Assembly (NCBI GenBank): GCA_963674825.1
Contig: OY771587.1
Coordinates: forward strand, 2,720,001 to 2,784,000
Length of the DNA stretch: 64,000 nucleotides
Source: Candidatus Cloacimonadales bacterium
GTDB lineage: Bacteria > Cloacimonadota > Cloacimonadia > Cloacimonadales > JAIOQZ01
Direction of reading: 5' to 3'
The position numbers and the translations under genes were made by a program. Under the pieces are notes generated by a model. It was not told where the DNA came from. It ran no database searches and saw only the letters and a list, made by a program, of their open reading frames with translations. This document shows, piece after piece, positions 19,067 to 29,237 of the stretch; within the stretch, counting starts at the first letter, position 1, and each line of letters opens with the position of its first letter.

Positions 19067-21817
19067 CTACTCAGACCGGGAAGTCAGTCGATGAGCCGCC
19101 TCTGACATTTCTTTAAGCGTATAGGGCTTCTGTATGAAGAGGTCAGCGCCGTCATCCATCACTTCCTGTACCCGACGGTCCATGCGATAACCGGAAGCTA
19201 TTGCGATACGTGCGTCTGGATTTAAAACTTTGATCTCCTTGAAGGCTTCTCTTCCTGATTTGTGAGGCATGACCATATCGAGGATCACCGCGTCGATCTC
19301 ATGCTGTCGCTGGCGATAAGTCTCCACGCCGATCTCGCCGTCTTCCGCGATAATTACCTTGTAGCCAAGTGCATGCAGGATATCGCGTGCTGTAGCCCGG
19401 ATAATATCGTTATCATCGACAACGAGGATTGTTCCGGATCCCTTTTCAAGTGCGTTGCTCGGCCTGGTTTTCTCTGGTTCCTCTTGATGCTCTGTGGTTG
19501 CGACCGGCAGGAAGATATTAAACACAGTACCAATATTGATTTCCGAATAGATATCGATGAATCCGCCATGCTGCCGGATGATGTTGTACACCATCGAGAG
19601 CCCCAACCCGCTTCCTTTGATCCTCTTTTTCAAGGAGAAGAATGGTTCAAAGATCTTGGAGATGGTCTTCGAATCCATTCCGACACCGGAATCGCTTATT
19701 GAAATACACCAGTACTTGATCTGTTGCGCTTCCGGATGGTTCTCGGTAAAGAGTGAATCTGCTTCGACCTGCGTAAGTGCTATGGAAAGCGTACCACCGT
19801 GCTTTTCCGATGGATCGCGCATGATGGTCATGGCGTGGGAGGCGTTGATGAAGAGATTGAGCAGAGCCTGCTCAATCTGGCTGGCCTCAGCATTACACAG
19901 CGCTTTTTTTTCTGGAAGATCCGTCTCGATTTCAATCGACTTATCAAATGTGTTGCGGCAAATCTGCAGGACATTCTCGATCGAATCTTGCAATACAATC
20001 TGTGTGAAATCGACTTCCCGTTTCTGCGAGATGGTCAGTAATTGCTCGACAACCTCTCTTGCCCGGTATGCAGACTGGCTGATGATACTGGCGTAGCGAA
20101 TCAGGTTGTCGTTACTGATCGTATCCTTTGCCAGTTCGAACTCGATCAGCGAGATCGTACCTGTGATACCACCAAGGACATTATTGAAGTCATGTGCCAG
20201 GCCACCGGCGAGATTGCCAATAACCTCCATTTTTTGCGCCTGCATGAGCTGTTGATCCTTAATCTGCGCTTCGGTTATATCGTCGATACGCAGCACAACA
20301 CCGCGGCTTCCGTTGAAGAGGAGCGGGTTGAAGTTTACTTGCAGGTAGCGCTCTTTATCCCGGTAGAACGATTTTAAAACGATTTTCCGGTGAGAATTGG
20401 TTTCGAATGCGTGCTGGTATCGATCCGTATAGTCGTTCAGGAAAGGGAGGCATTCAAGGTAGTTTTTACCAATAGCGTCTTCAGGCAGTATTCCTGTAAA
20501 GAGGCTCGCAGCCTGGTTCCATTGGGATATCTCGCCATTGGCCTGAACGGTTATCAGGCTGGAATCGAGGGAATTGACGATATTATCCAGATATTCGCTG
20601 GCGGATCTGTATTGCGCTTCGGCGATCCTAAGCTTTTGCCGATCTTCCTCGATCTCGTCGTGGTTTTCCTGCAATGCGTTCATGAATGTGTTGAAGTATC
20701 CACCGAGTAGATATATCTCATTGTTGCTCAGCACGGGAATCCGAACAGACAGGTTTCCGGATGATCCCTGCTCGAAGGCTGCGATCAACTCCCTAATTGG
20801 TTTGATGATTGTCGATCTTGACCAGATGAAGAACACAGTGAATATAGTCAGTGAACCAAGAATCGACATAAGGAACACATAGCTTAGAATGCGCAATGGA
20901 TAGTAAAATTCATCCTGATATCCGCTCGACACGATAATCCATTTCAATTCAGGGTATGTATGGAAATATGCGTATTTTTTACGTGGCGCAGGGTCACCGC
21001 GATTCTTCCAGTAATATTCCACAAAGCCAATGCGATTATCCAGGAAGGTTCTCGTGAGAGGGAAACCACGTTTATCTGTCGTATCCCTGACATTTCCCGA
21101 CATCTCGGGGTGGATGACCATATTTCCATTATAGTCAACAATGAATGAGTAGCCTGTCTTACCGAATCGTTGAGAAAGGATAATGCTCTTGATATCATCC
21201 ATGTTGATGAGTTCGTGAAACTCATCTCGATAGGAGGACGCGGCGATCAGCCAGTGCCAGGGTTCGTAGTAGGACAGATACACGGCTTTGCTTCGAGGCG
21301 ACTTATCGATTGGATTCTGCCAGTCATATTCGATGTATCCATTCTTGACTTCTGCAGCGCGCCTTGCAAATGCATACGGGCTGAGATCCTGCCCTTCAAT
21401 CAATGGATGAACAACCAGGGGTAATGAATCGGGTGCGTTTGAAATATCCCATACATAGATATAGCCGGTGTCGCCTATTTTTTGCGATAGAAGGACTTCG
21501 CGAAGCTCTTTCATTCCCTGCTTTTCCGAGATATCTCCACTTTTGATCATCCTGTCGAATCGTTCAACAATCTCAAGGTTTTTTTCTGCGATAGCTCGCA
21601 GGTAGTTTCTTATCGATACATCGACGGCATGTTGTGTCAAGCGAAGCGTGTTGGCTGTGGCATCCTGCAATTCAGCTCTAACCTCGTTTTCAATTTCCGC
21701 TCGGAGGATGATGTAAGCGAACGCGAGAAATACGAGAAACAAAAACAAAATTGTGGAGAAGAGAAGTATGATCTTGATATGCAGGTAGATGCGCTTTTCC
21801 CTGAGAAGATGTTCCAT
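19067..21817 (-). CDS. Hybrid sensor kinase: Cache-Cache-HAMP-PAS-HisKA-HATPase-REC
   Basis: Two TM helices flanking Cache repeats (GDTGYIYV, GKTGYSFI), AGGLAHDFNN, NLFINA, DSGVGM, GSGLGL, C-terminal REC (VVDD, LDMVMP, QKPY). Confidence 0.92.
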   Translation of the reverse strand: MEHLLREKRIYLHIKIILLFSTILFLFLVFLAFAYIILRAEIENEVRAELQDATANTLRLTQHAVDVSIRNYLRAIAEKNLEIVERFDRMIKSGDISEKQGMKELREVLLSQKIGDTGYIYVWDISNAPDSLPLVVHPLIEGQDLSPYAFARRAAEVKNGYIEYDWQNPIDKSPRSKAVYLSYYEPWHWLIAASSYRDEFHELINMDDIKSIILSQRFGKTGYSFIVDYNGNMVIHPEMSGNVRDTTDKRGFPLTRTFLDNRIGFVEYYWKNRGDPAPRKKYAYFHTYPELKWIIVSSGYQDEFYYPLRILSYVFLMSILGSLTIFTVFFIWSRSTIIKPIRELIAAFEQGSSGNLSVRIPVLSNNEIYLLGGYFNTFMNALQENHDEIEEDRQKLRIAEAQYRSASEYLDNIVNSLDSSLITVQANGEISQWNQAASLFTGILPEDAIGKNYLECLPFLNDYTDRYQHAFETNSHRKIVLKSFYRDKERYLQVNFNPLLFNGSRGVVLRIDDITEAQIKDQQLMQAQKMEVIGNLAGGLAHDFNNVLGGITGTISLIEFELAKDTISNDNLIRYASIISQSAYRAREVVEQLLTISQKREVDFTQIVLQDSIENVLQICRNTFDKSIEIETDLPEKKALCNAEASQIEQALLNLFINASHAMTIMRDPSEKHGGTLSIALTQVEADSLFTENHPEAQQIKYWCISISDSGVGMDSKTISKIFEPFFSLKKRIKGSGLGLSMVYNIIRQHGGFIDIYSEINIGTVFNIFLPVATTEHQEEPEKTRPSNALEKGSGTILVVDDNDIIRATARDILHALGYKVIIAEDGEIGVETYRQRQHEIDAVILDMVMPHKSGREAFKEIKVLNPDARIAIASGYRMDRRVQEVMDDGADLFIQKPYTLKEMSEAAHRLTSRSE

Positions 21818-22028
21818 TCATCAATCCTTGTTGTGCTTTCTCGCAGGTTGGCTACCTGCGGGATGTTCCAACAATAATATAATGAAATATGTTCAACGCA
21901 AACACGATTTCTTCCTGACAACACAAGAAAATGCAGTATACCTATTCGCTCAATTCATCGTTAAAAGAATCTTCACAGGTAATCCATGAAGAACTTGTCA
22001 GAAGTTGCAGATAGACAAAGGGGGAGAG

Positions 22029-23564
22029 ATGAATCAACGGAAACGATTTTTTACAATCATCACGATACTGCTACTGGCAACCTTTCTGGGTGCGCTGGAC
22101 TATCCGATTGTCGATACCGGCCAAACGGATTGCTTCAACAATACAACCACAATCGAATCACCATCCGCTGGAGAAGCTTTCTTCGGACAGGATGCGCAAT
22201 ACGACGGAAATCAACCACAATATACCGATAATGGCGACGGTACGGTTACAGACAATATCACCGGCCTGATGTGGCAGAAGGGTTACTCTGAGGTGAAGCG
22301 CACCTTCAGCCAGGCCGTAGAAGAAGCAAATGACTTCGAGCTTGCAGGGTATACCGATTGGCGATTGCCTACAATTAAAGAACTCTACTCACTGATCCTG
22401 TTCTCGGGAATCGATCCCAGTGGATACGAAGGCACTGACGTTACCTGGATGGTTCCATTCATCGATACGGACTATTTCGACTTCCGTTACGGCCTCTCCG
22501 ACGAAGGAGAGCGTGTCATTGATGCACAATATGTGTCTTCGACCGAATATGTCGGAACCGTATTCAATGGCGTTAGTGCTGTGTTTGGCGTGAATTTCGC
22601 TGATGGCAGGATCAAGGGCTATCCATCGGGCGTTACCGAGATGGGTGAGAAGCTGTTTGAGGTTAAATATGTGCGGGGCGCAACGAGTTACGGCACGAAT
22701 GATTTCGTGAATTTCCAGGATGGTATTGTCGTCGACCACGCGACTGGCTTGATGTGGACGCTGAATGACAGCGGTGAAGCCATGAACTGGCAGGAAGCCC
22801 TGGCCTGGGTGCAGCAATGCAACGCGGAAGAATATCTGGGTTATAGTGACTGGCGTTTGCCGAATGTCAAGGAGCTCGAGAGCCTCGTTGATTACACCAG
22901 AGCACCTGATGTCACCGATTCACCTGCGATTGACCCGATTTTCAATGTAACAGCTATCACCAATGAAGGTGGTGTTACTGATTATCCGTATTTCTGGAGC
23001 TCGACCACGCACGAGAATTTCCGGGATACCAATGGAGAAGCAGGGTGCTATGTCTCGTTTGGAAGAGCGTTGGGCTGGATGACTGTCCCTCGATATGCGC
23101 GTGATTACGTATTGATGGACGTTCACGGTGCTGGAGCTCAACGCAGCGATTACAAGGCTGGTGATCCTGGTGATTATCCTTATGGTCACGGTCCTCAGGG
23201 GGATGTAGTGCGAATGTACAATTTTGTTCGTCTGGTGCGCGATTCTGAGCTGGAAGTTGATCAGGATACGGAAGATACACCGGAAACCGGCATGCTGGAG
23301 ATGGATATTTTCCCGAATCCGTTCAATCCCGATACGACGATCAAGTTCGATCTTGATGAGCCCGGAAACGTTACGTTGGATATCTTCAATGTTCGAGGGC
23401 AGAAAGTGCAAAAATTGGTCAATGGAATCCTGGAAACAGGTAGCCATTACATAGCCTGGAATGGTAAAGATCTTGCAGGGAAATCGGTTTCCTCCGGGAT
23501 CTATCTCGCGAGATTACAAACTGAAGGAAGCGCGGTGTCGTCCCGGATGACATTGCTGAAATAG
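22029..23564 (+). CDS. Secreted tandem DUF1566 (Lcl) protein with FlgD-Ig/T9SS-like C-terminal domain
   Basis: Signal peptide, two D..TGLMW...DWRLP..KEL repeats, C-terminal FPNPFNP...IFNVRGQKV...SSGIYL. Confidence 0.88.
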   Translation: MNQRKRFFTIITILLLATFLGALDYPIVDTGQTDCFNNTTTIESPSAGEAFFGQDAQYDGNQPQYTDNGDGTVTDNITGLMWQKGYSEVKRTFSQAVEEANDFELAGYTDWRLPTIKELYSLILFSGIDPSGYEGTDVTWMVPFIDTDYFDFRYGLSDEGERVIDAQYVSSTEYVGTVFNGVSAVFGVNFADGRIKGYPSGVTEMGEKLFEVKYVRGATSYGTNDFVNFQDGIVVDHATGLMWTLNDSGEAMNWQEALAWVQQCNAEEYLGYSDWRLPNVKELESLVDYTRAPDVTDSPAIDPIFNVTAITNEGGVTDYPYFWSSTTHENFRDTNGEAGCYVSFGRALGWMTVPRYARDYVLMDVHGAGAQRSDYKAGDPGDYPYGHGPQGDVVRMYNFVRLVRDSELEVDQDTEDTPETGMLEMDIFPNPFNPDTTIKFDLDEPGNVTLDIFNVRGQKVQKLVNGILETGSHYIAWNGKDLAGKSVSSGIYLARLQTEGSAVSSRMTLLK

Positions 23565-23608
23565 ATAAACGTTACTTGAATCGGTGCCGGTATTCTTCGG
23601 GATACCGG

Positions 23609-25135
23609 CTATTTCTTTTTTGCTTTCCAGTTACGGCAGATTTTCTCAACTTCGCGGAAATTCACCTTACCGCTGGACATGAGCGGGATGTCCTGTATCA
23701 CATGGAAATCCTTCGGAATGGCAATAGAAGGAAGTTCCTTGGCCATCATCTTTTTAATGTGTCTAACGTTGATCTCTTCCGTCGTGACCACTGCCACGAT
23801 CTCGGAGCCTTTTACCGGATTCGGGACGTCCACAGCACAGCAAATGGTGCCTTCTGGCAGTAACTTTTCAAGAACCGTCTCGACCTTGACCAGCGACACC
23901 ATTTCACCGCCGATCTTCACAAAACGTTTGAGCCTGCCTCGGTGCCATAGATAACCATCGTTGTCAACCATACCCATATCGCCGGTTTCATACCAGCCGT
24001 TGTGAATGCGTAGCGAGGTTTCTTCGATGTCATGATAGTAACCCTTCATGACGTTGTCGCCCTTGACCATGATCTTGCCTTCTTTGCCGATCGGCAGTTC
24101 TTCGCTTGTCTCGCGATCGACGATCTTCACCTGCACGCTGGGAAGCGGTAATCCAACGCTGCCGGGCTTGTTTCGTCCGGGGAGATTGGTGGAGATAACC
24201 GGGCTCGTCTCGGTAGCGCCGTATCCTTCGCAAACCTCGAGGTTGTGCATGTGCAGATATTCATCGCGGATCTGACGGGTGAGTTTGTCAGCGCCTGCCA
24301 CCGCGATGCGGACCGTATCGAAATCACCTTTCTGGCTCTTCTTGAGGTAACCGTGGTAGAAGGTTGGTGTTCCCACCATGACCGTAACCTTGTTGTCACG
24401 GATCGAATCGCAGATCGACCGGTAGTCGAGCGGGTTGGCATGAGCGACGATGGTGTTGCCATGGGTAATGGGCAGCCACATATCGATGGTGAGACCGAAG
24501 ACGTGGAATAGTGGTAGATTTGCCAGGAAAATATCTTCAGGCATAATCCGGAGGATCTGATGCACGTCACCGAGGTTGGTGTTGATGTTCTTGTGAGAGA
24601 GCTCGACGGCCTTGGGATCTTTCTCGCTGCCGCTGGTGAAGAGGATCACGGCAGTGCTTTCCCTGCCGTCTTTTGGCAGCAACTTCTTTAAAACGGAGTA
24701 GGGGAGTTTCGCTTTCAAGGCAGCGGAGATTTTGTCCGCGAGGGTTACCTTCTTCAAGATATCCTCGATGAAGATCATGCCCTGCATCGGTGTGACACGA
24801 ATCGCTTCCAGCAGTTTGCGGCTGGTGATGATCGTATTGAAATTACATTTATTCCGGGCGTATTCACAGTTTTCTTTCGCGCCGGTGGAGTAGTTCAGCA
24901 TAACGGGAACCTTGTTCTCCATCAGAACGCCAAGGATCGACAGCATACATCCGGCGGATGTGGGCAGCATGATCCCGATGTGCGATTCGCGGAAGGATGA
25001 GACCTTTTTCGCCAGGATGAACGACGCGATCAACATTCTTTCGTATGTGAAGGTTTGTCCGGTGCCGATGTCTTTGACTGCGATGCGACTCGCGTGATTC
25101 TTCGCGGCCAGAATAAATGCGTGATGTAATAGCAT
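23609..25135 (-). CDS. AMP-binding enzyme, Aas-like acyl-ACP/acyl-CoA synthetase (no acyltransferase domain)
   Basis: ILFTSGSEKDPKAVELSH, EGYGATETSP, TGD, GRLKRFVKIGGEMVS, SGKV. Confidence 0.9.
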   Translation of the reverse strand: MLLHHAFILAAKNHASRIAVKDIGTGQTFTYERMLIASFILAKKVSSFRESHIGIMLPTSAGCMLSILGVLMENKVPVMLNYSTGAKENCEYARNKCNFNTIITSRKLLEAIRVTPMQGMIFIEDILKKVTLADKISAALKAKLPYSVLKKLLPKDGRESTAVILFTSGSEKDPKAVELSHKNINTNLGDVHQILRIMPEDIFLANLPLFHVFGLTIDMWLPITHGNTIVAHANPLDYRSICDSIRDNKVTVMVGTPTFYHGYLKKSQKGDFDTVRIAVAGADKLTRQIRDEYLHMHNLEVCEGYGATETSPVISTNLPGRNKPGSVGLPLPSVQVKIVDRETSEELPIGKEGKIMVKGDNVMKGYYHDIEETSLRIHNGWYETGDMGMVDNDGYLWHRGRLKRFVKIGGEMVSLVKVETVLEKLLPEGTICCAVDVPNPVKGSEIVAVVTTEEINVRHIKKMMAKELPSIAIPKDFHVIQDIPLMSSGKVNFREVEKICRNWKAKKK

Positions 25136-25198
25136 AAGCGATACTCCGGTTGTCAGATAAAAATCAGGTTCGGACTGATGCGCCCGAACCTGTCAAAT

Positions 25199-26143
25199 TT
25201 ACGATGCAATAATCGTTCCCGTCTTACCTTCAAATGCGTCGAGGATTTTCTCGATCGATGTGATCAAGACCTCTTTTCCTCCGCGTTCGATGAAGCGTAT
25301 GGCGGCCTTGATTTTTGGCCCCATGCTTCCTTTCGGGAAATGTCCTTCTTCGCTGTATTGCTTTGCTTCCTGCAGGGTCATGCGGGAGAGCTCTTTTTGA
25401 TCCGGTTTGCCAAAATTGATGCAGACCTTCTCAACACCTGTGAGGATTACAAGCCGTTCCGCGCCGATCTTTTCTGCGAGTAGTGCGGATGCGTAATCTT
25501 TATCGATTACGGCGTCAAAACCTTCGTAGGTTCCGTCTTCCTGGACGTAATAGGGAATGCCGCCGCCACCGCATGCGATTACGATCTGGCCTTCATCGAC
25601 CAGTCGTTTGATCGTCGGTGCCTGAACGATGTCGATCGGCAATGGAGATGGGACCACCTGACGGTAGCCGCGTCCTGCATCTTCCACCATTGTCCAGCTA
25701 TATTCACGCTGCATGGTCTCAGCCTTCTCCTTGTCGAAGAATGGTCCGACCGGCTTGCTGGGATTCTTGATACTGGGATCGTCTCGATCAACCAGTACCT
25801 GCGAGAGGATGGTTATGACGTTACGTTCAATCTTGTTCTTGATGAAAAGGTTCTGTAAGGATTGCTCGATCATGTATCCCATCGTTCCTTCGGTTGCCGC
25901 ATTGAGCACACCAAGCGGAAGCGGTGCGATGTTTTTGTCCATGCCAGCGAGTTGCTGGATAAGCAGGTTTCCGACCTGCGGCCCATTACCGTGCGTGATT
26001 GCCAGTTTGTAACCCTGTCTGGCTAATTCGGCCATGACGGAGAGACTGGTTCTGGTGTTGGCGAACTGCTGCGTGATGGTTCCTTCCTGTCCCGCGGCGA
26101 TGATTGCGTTTCCGCCAAGTGCCACAACAGCTTTGCGATTCAT
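25199..26143 (-). CDS. arcC: Carbamate kinase
   Basis: VVALGGNA, THGNGPQVG, KPVGPF, GYRQVVPSP, CGGGGIP, AVIDKD, GSMGPK. Confidence 0.96.
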   Translation of the reverse strand: MNRKAVVALGGNAIIAAGQEGTITQQFANTRTSLSVMAELARQGYKLAITHGNGPQVGNLLIQQLAGMDKNIAPLPLGVLNAATEGTMGYMIEQSLQNLFIKNKIERNVITILSQVLVDRDDPSIKNPSKPVGPFFDKEKAETMQREYSWTMVEDAGRGYRQVVPSPLPIDIVQAPTIKRLVDEGQIVIACGGGGIPYYVQEDGTYEGFDAVIDKDYASALLAEKIGAERLVILTGVEKVCINFGKPDQKELSRMTLQEAKQYSEEGHFPKGSMGPKIKAAIRFIERGGKEVLITSIEKILDAFEGKTGTIIAS

Positions 26144-26492
26144 GTGTACCTCAACTTCCATTGTAAAAGAAATTGACCCGATCCTTCGATTGGGTCATCC
26201 GTTTCCAATATTTCCATATTCGTGTTAAAAGAGCGAACGTTAGGAAACATTCACCCACATTACCAGTTACCGTTAGTCTGGATAGGCTCTTAACGTCAAG
26301 CTTTTTGTCGGCACTTGTGTACCTGCAATCTCATTCCAACTGGCTCTCAGCGGGGAGAACACGGATGGAACAAAGCAAGAAAGATCAATTCATCAGCGGC
26401 CCAATACCGAATCATGTTCATTAACAGCAAGCAGCGTCAAGACGGCTTATCGCCGATGATTTATCGTGACACCATCAGAAACAGGAGGTATC

Positions 26493-26960
26493 ATGAAAGA
26501 GATTAAGATTCACCCCATCGGCATCGTACGAAGAAAAGACCGGCTCGTTATCGAGATTGACAAACCCTTTCGCCCGGCGATGAAAGCGCTGGGAAAATTC
26601 AGCCACGTAATCGTTCTCTGGTGGGCGCATGGCCTGGACACCGACGAATATCGACAGATGTTGCAGACCGATCCGCCCTATGCTCCAGGGCATCTTTGCG
26701 GTGTTTTTGCTACACGCGCGCCCTATCGTCCCAATCCCATCGGCATGAGTATATGCCCGATCGTAAGTGTGGATGAAGAAAACGGTGTGGTGGTCGTAAC
26801 CGATATCGACACAGTAGATGAGACGCCGGTTCTCGATCTGAAGGCGTATTTTCCGGTTTGCGATCGCGTGAAGAGTGCGCAAATCCCCGACTGGCTTTCC
26901 GACTGGCCTGAATGGATGCCAGAAGATGGTATTCCACTGGAGGAATACGGACAGGAATAA
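26493..26960 (+). CDS. TsaA/TrmO-like (UPF0066) SAM-binding protein
   Basis: PIGIV, FSHVIVLWW, GVFATRAPYRPNPIGMS, TPVLDLK. RBS AGGAGG. Confidence 0.88.
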   Translation: MKEIKIHPIGIVRRKDRLVIEIDKPFRPAMKALGKFSHVIVLWWAHGLDTDEYRQMLQTDPPYAPGHLCGVFATRAPYRPNPIGMSICPIVSVDEENGVVVVTDIDTVDETPVLDLKAYFPVCDRVKSAQIPDWLSDWPEWMPEDGIPLEEYGQE

Positions 26961-27010
26961 TCATTTCGATGTTTCAAAATTGTCGTGAGTGTCCATCGGC
27001 TTCGTTTGGG

Positions 27011-27059
27011 TAATACGTTATCTGCTGTGTCATCTGGGCGGAGTCGAAGGGCCACGGCA
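27011..27059. repeat. Degenerate half copy of the GTCATCCTGAG REP-like element
   Basis: TAATACGTTATCTGCTGTGTCATCTGGGCGGAGTCGAAGGGCCACGGCA aligns with 10597-10648, including the flanks. Confidence 0.75.
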
Positions 27060-27167
27060 CATTTTTGCAATCAATAGAAAAGTACCGGAAACCTCCTTTC
27101 TATAATTGCTTTCTTGACAATTTTTGCGGCTTGATTCAAACAAAACGAAAAAGTAATCGAGGTCGCA

Positions 27168-27500
27168 ATGCTGTGGTTTTATCTGCTGCTCCCGATCATA
27201 TTAATCGGCTATTTTGCGCTTAGGGTCATCTTTTATCGTTATCCGGTTAAGAAGCGTATTGAAATCCTGCACCGAGAGTATAAAAAATACCAGCTCATGT
27301 GGGCGATCGGTTTTGGGATTATCCTTCTGATCGCTGTTTATATCATCTGGGTTATTCTGCGTCTATCCGAGCGGATGTTTTGGGATGACTGGATTCTGCT
27401 TCCGGCGTTAACCCTAATTGTGCTCGTATTCTGGAACCGGCTCGATTTCATCTTCAATACCAAAGTCGAGAAAAAGCCACCGTTCTTCCTCAAGAAATAA
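27168..27500 (+). CDS. Hypothetical membrane protein (3 TM)
   Basis: Three hydrophobic segments, RBS GAGG, upstream TTGACA, in an operon with corA. Confidence 0.7.
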   Translation: MLWFYLLLPIILIGYFALRVIFYRYPVKKRIEILHREYKKYQLMWAIGFGIILLIAVYIIWVILRLSERMFWDDWILLPALTLIVLVFWNRLDFIFNTKVEKKPPFFLKK

Positions 27501-27508
27501 GGAGAGGC

Positions 27509-28567
27509 GTGATGTGGAGAGCCCGGAAAATTCATCATGCAAAGCTTGGATCTGTACCTGGAAGCCTGACCTATACCGGTGAAACAACCGGAGACGCAAC
27601 GCGCATCGAGCTGCTCTCGTACAACAAAGATCAATGCGATACGCAAGCGATCGATGATATTACTCAATGGCAACCGGTCTCGGGGAGGGTAAACTGGATC
27701 CGCGTTTTTAACTCGGGCAATGAATCGATTATTCAACAATTCGGTCAACGATTCGGGATTCACACCCTCCATCTGGAGGATATCCTACACACCGCGCAGT
27801 TCTGCCGCGTTTATGAAGAGAATAACTACGTCTTTGCGCTTCTGAGTCGCTACTTCATGGAAGGCGATCTGATGAAGAAAGAGCAGATTAGCCTCATCAT
27901 GACAGGCAGCACGGTTATTTCATTCCAGGAATCAGGTGACGAGCCCTTCCTCGAACCTCTGCGACGCAGGATCGTCGATGGCATGGGACGCATCCGGCAG
28001 CGTGGCGTTCACTACCTCTATTATTGCTTGATGGACCTGGTGCTCGATTACTATTTCCCACTACTGGAAGAGATTACGCTCAACCTCGAAAAGACGGAAA
28101 ATGAGGTGCTGGAGAGTCCTGACTCAAGTAACATCCGTAAGATATACGAATTCCGCTCGGATATTCTCGAGCTACGTAAGGATACACGCCATATTTACGA
28201 GATGATGAACCGGCTGGATAAGGAAATCCGGCTCAGTAATGGCACCGATCTCAGCATGTTTTATCATGATCTCTTCGAGCATGCCGTCATGATCCGCGAC
28301 TCGGTGGATGCACTGCGCGAGAGCATTACCAGCCTTATCGAGCTCTATATGTCCAACATTAGCAACAGGATGAACGAGGTAATGAAGACCCTGACGATCA
28401 TTTCGACCATCTTCATCCCGCTCAGCTTCATTGTCGGGCTCTACGGCATGAACTTCAAGTACATGCCGGAGCTGGAATTCCATTGGGGCTATCCGGTAGT
28501 GCTCGGTATTTTAGTGGCAATCGTTGTGGTGATGATTGCATTTTTCAAACGTAAAAAGTGGCTCTGA
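27509..28567 (+). CDS. corA: Magnesium/cobalt transporter CorA
   Basis: IHTLHLEDI, MNEVMKTLT, GLYGMNFKYMPEL (GMN signature). Confidence 0.96.
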   Translation: MMWRARKIHHAKLGSVPGSLTYTGETTGDATRIELLSYNKDQCDTQAIDDITQWQPVSGRVNWIRVFNSGNESIIQQFGQRFGIHTLHLEDILHTAQFCRVYEENNYVFALLSRYFMEGDLMKKEQISLIMTGSTVISFQESGDEPFLEPLRRRIVDGMGRIRQRGVHYLYYCLMDLVLDYYFPLLEEITLNLEKTENEVLESPDSSNIRKIYEFRSDILELRKDTRHIYEMMNRLDKEIRLSNGTDLSMFYHDLFEHAVMIRDSVDALRESITSLIELYMSNISNRMNEVMKTLTIISTIFIPLSFIVGLYGMNFKYMPELEFHWGYPVVLGILVAIVVVMIAFFKRKKWL

Positions 28568-28590
28568 TAAATCAATGAAAGAAGAAAAAA

Positions 28591-29235
28591 ATGATCGAAA
28601 TTATACTGGATAAACTCTATCATGGCGAGCGGACACTTCTGCGGAACGTCCGGCTCGAAATCCCCGAAGGCGGCAAGGTCGTGCTCAGTGGTGAGACCGG
28701 ATCGGGAAAGACCTCGTTGATGCACACGCTTAATCGAATGAATATGGGTTGGGACGGCAAGGTGAGATTCAAGGGTGAGGATATCCGCGACTTGAACCCC
28801 ATGGAACTCCGCCATCGCGTTATCGAAGTGATGCAGGAGCCATTCCTAGGCAGGGGGAAGGTACGAGAGGCAATCCGTATTCCATTCCAGTTCAAAATCA
28901 ATCGCAGCCGCGAAATCGATCCCGACCGACTAAAGCTTTTACTGCATTCGTTCTCTCTGCAGGAATCGATATTGGACCAGTCGGTGGATAAGCTCAGCGG
29001 TGGCGAGAAGCAGCGTATAGCGATGGTGCGTGCGATGATGCTGAATCCGGAGGTGTTGCTTCTCGACGAACCTTCTTCAGCGCTGGATCGTGAGATATCG
29101 AAGAGGGTACTTGATTTCATGCTGAACAAATGCTCAGCATCTGTTCTCTGCATCAGCCACGATCCCGTATGGCAGGACGCGTTCCCGCTACACTACGCCA
29201 TCGAAGGCGATATACTGGTGAAGGTAAAGGGGTGA
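28591..29235 (+). CDS. ABC transporter ATP-binding protein (FetA/YbbL-like)
   Basis: GETGSGKT, LSGGEKQR, LLLDEP, ISHD. Confidence 0.9.
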   Translation: MIEIILDKLYHGERTLLRNVRLEIPEGGKVVLSGETGSGKTSLMHTLNRMNMGWDGKVRFKGEDIRDLNPMELRHRVIEVMQEPFLGRGKVREAIRIPFQFKINRSREIDPDRLKLLLHSFSLQESILDQSVDKLSGGEKQRIAMVRAMMLNPEVLLLDEPSSALDREISKRVLDFMLNKCSASVLCISHDPVWQDAFPLHYAIEGDILVKVKG

Positions 29236-29237
29236 GC

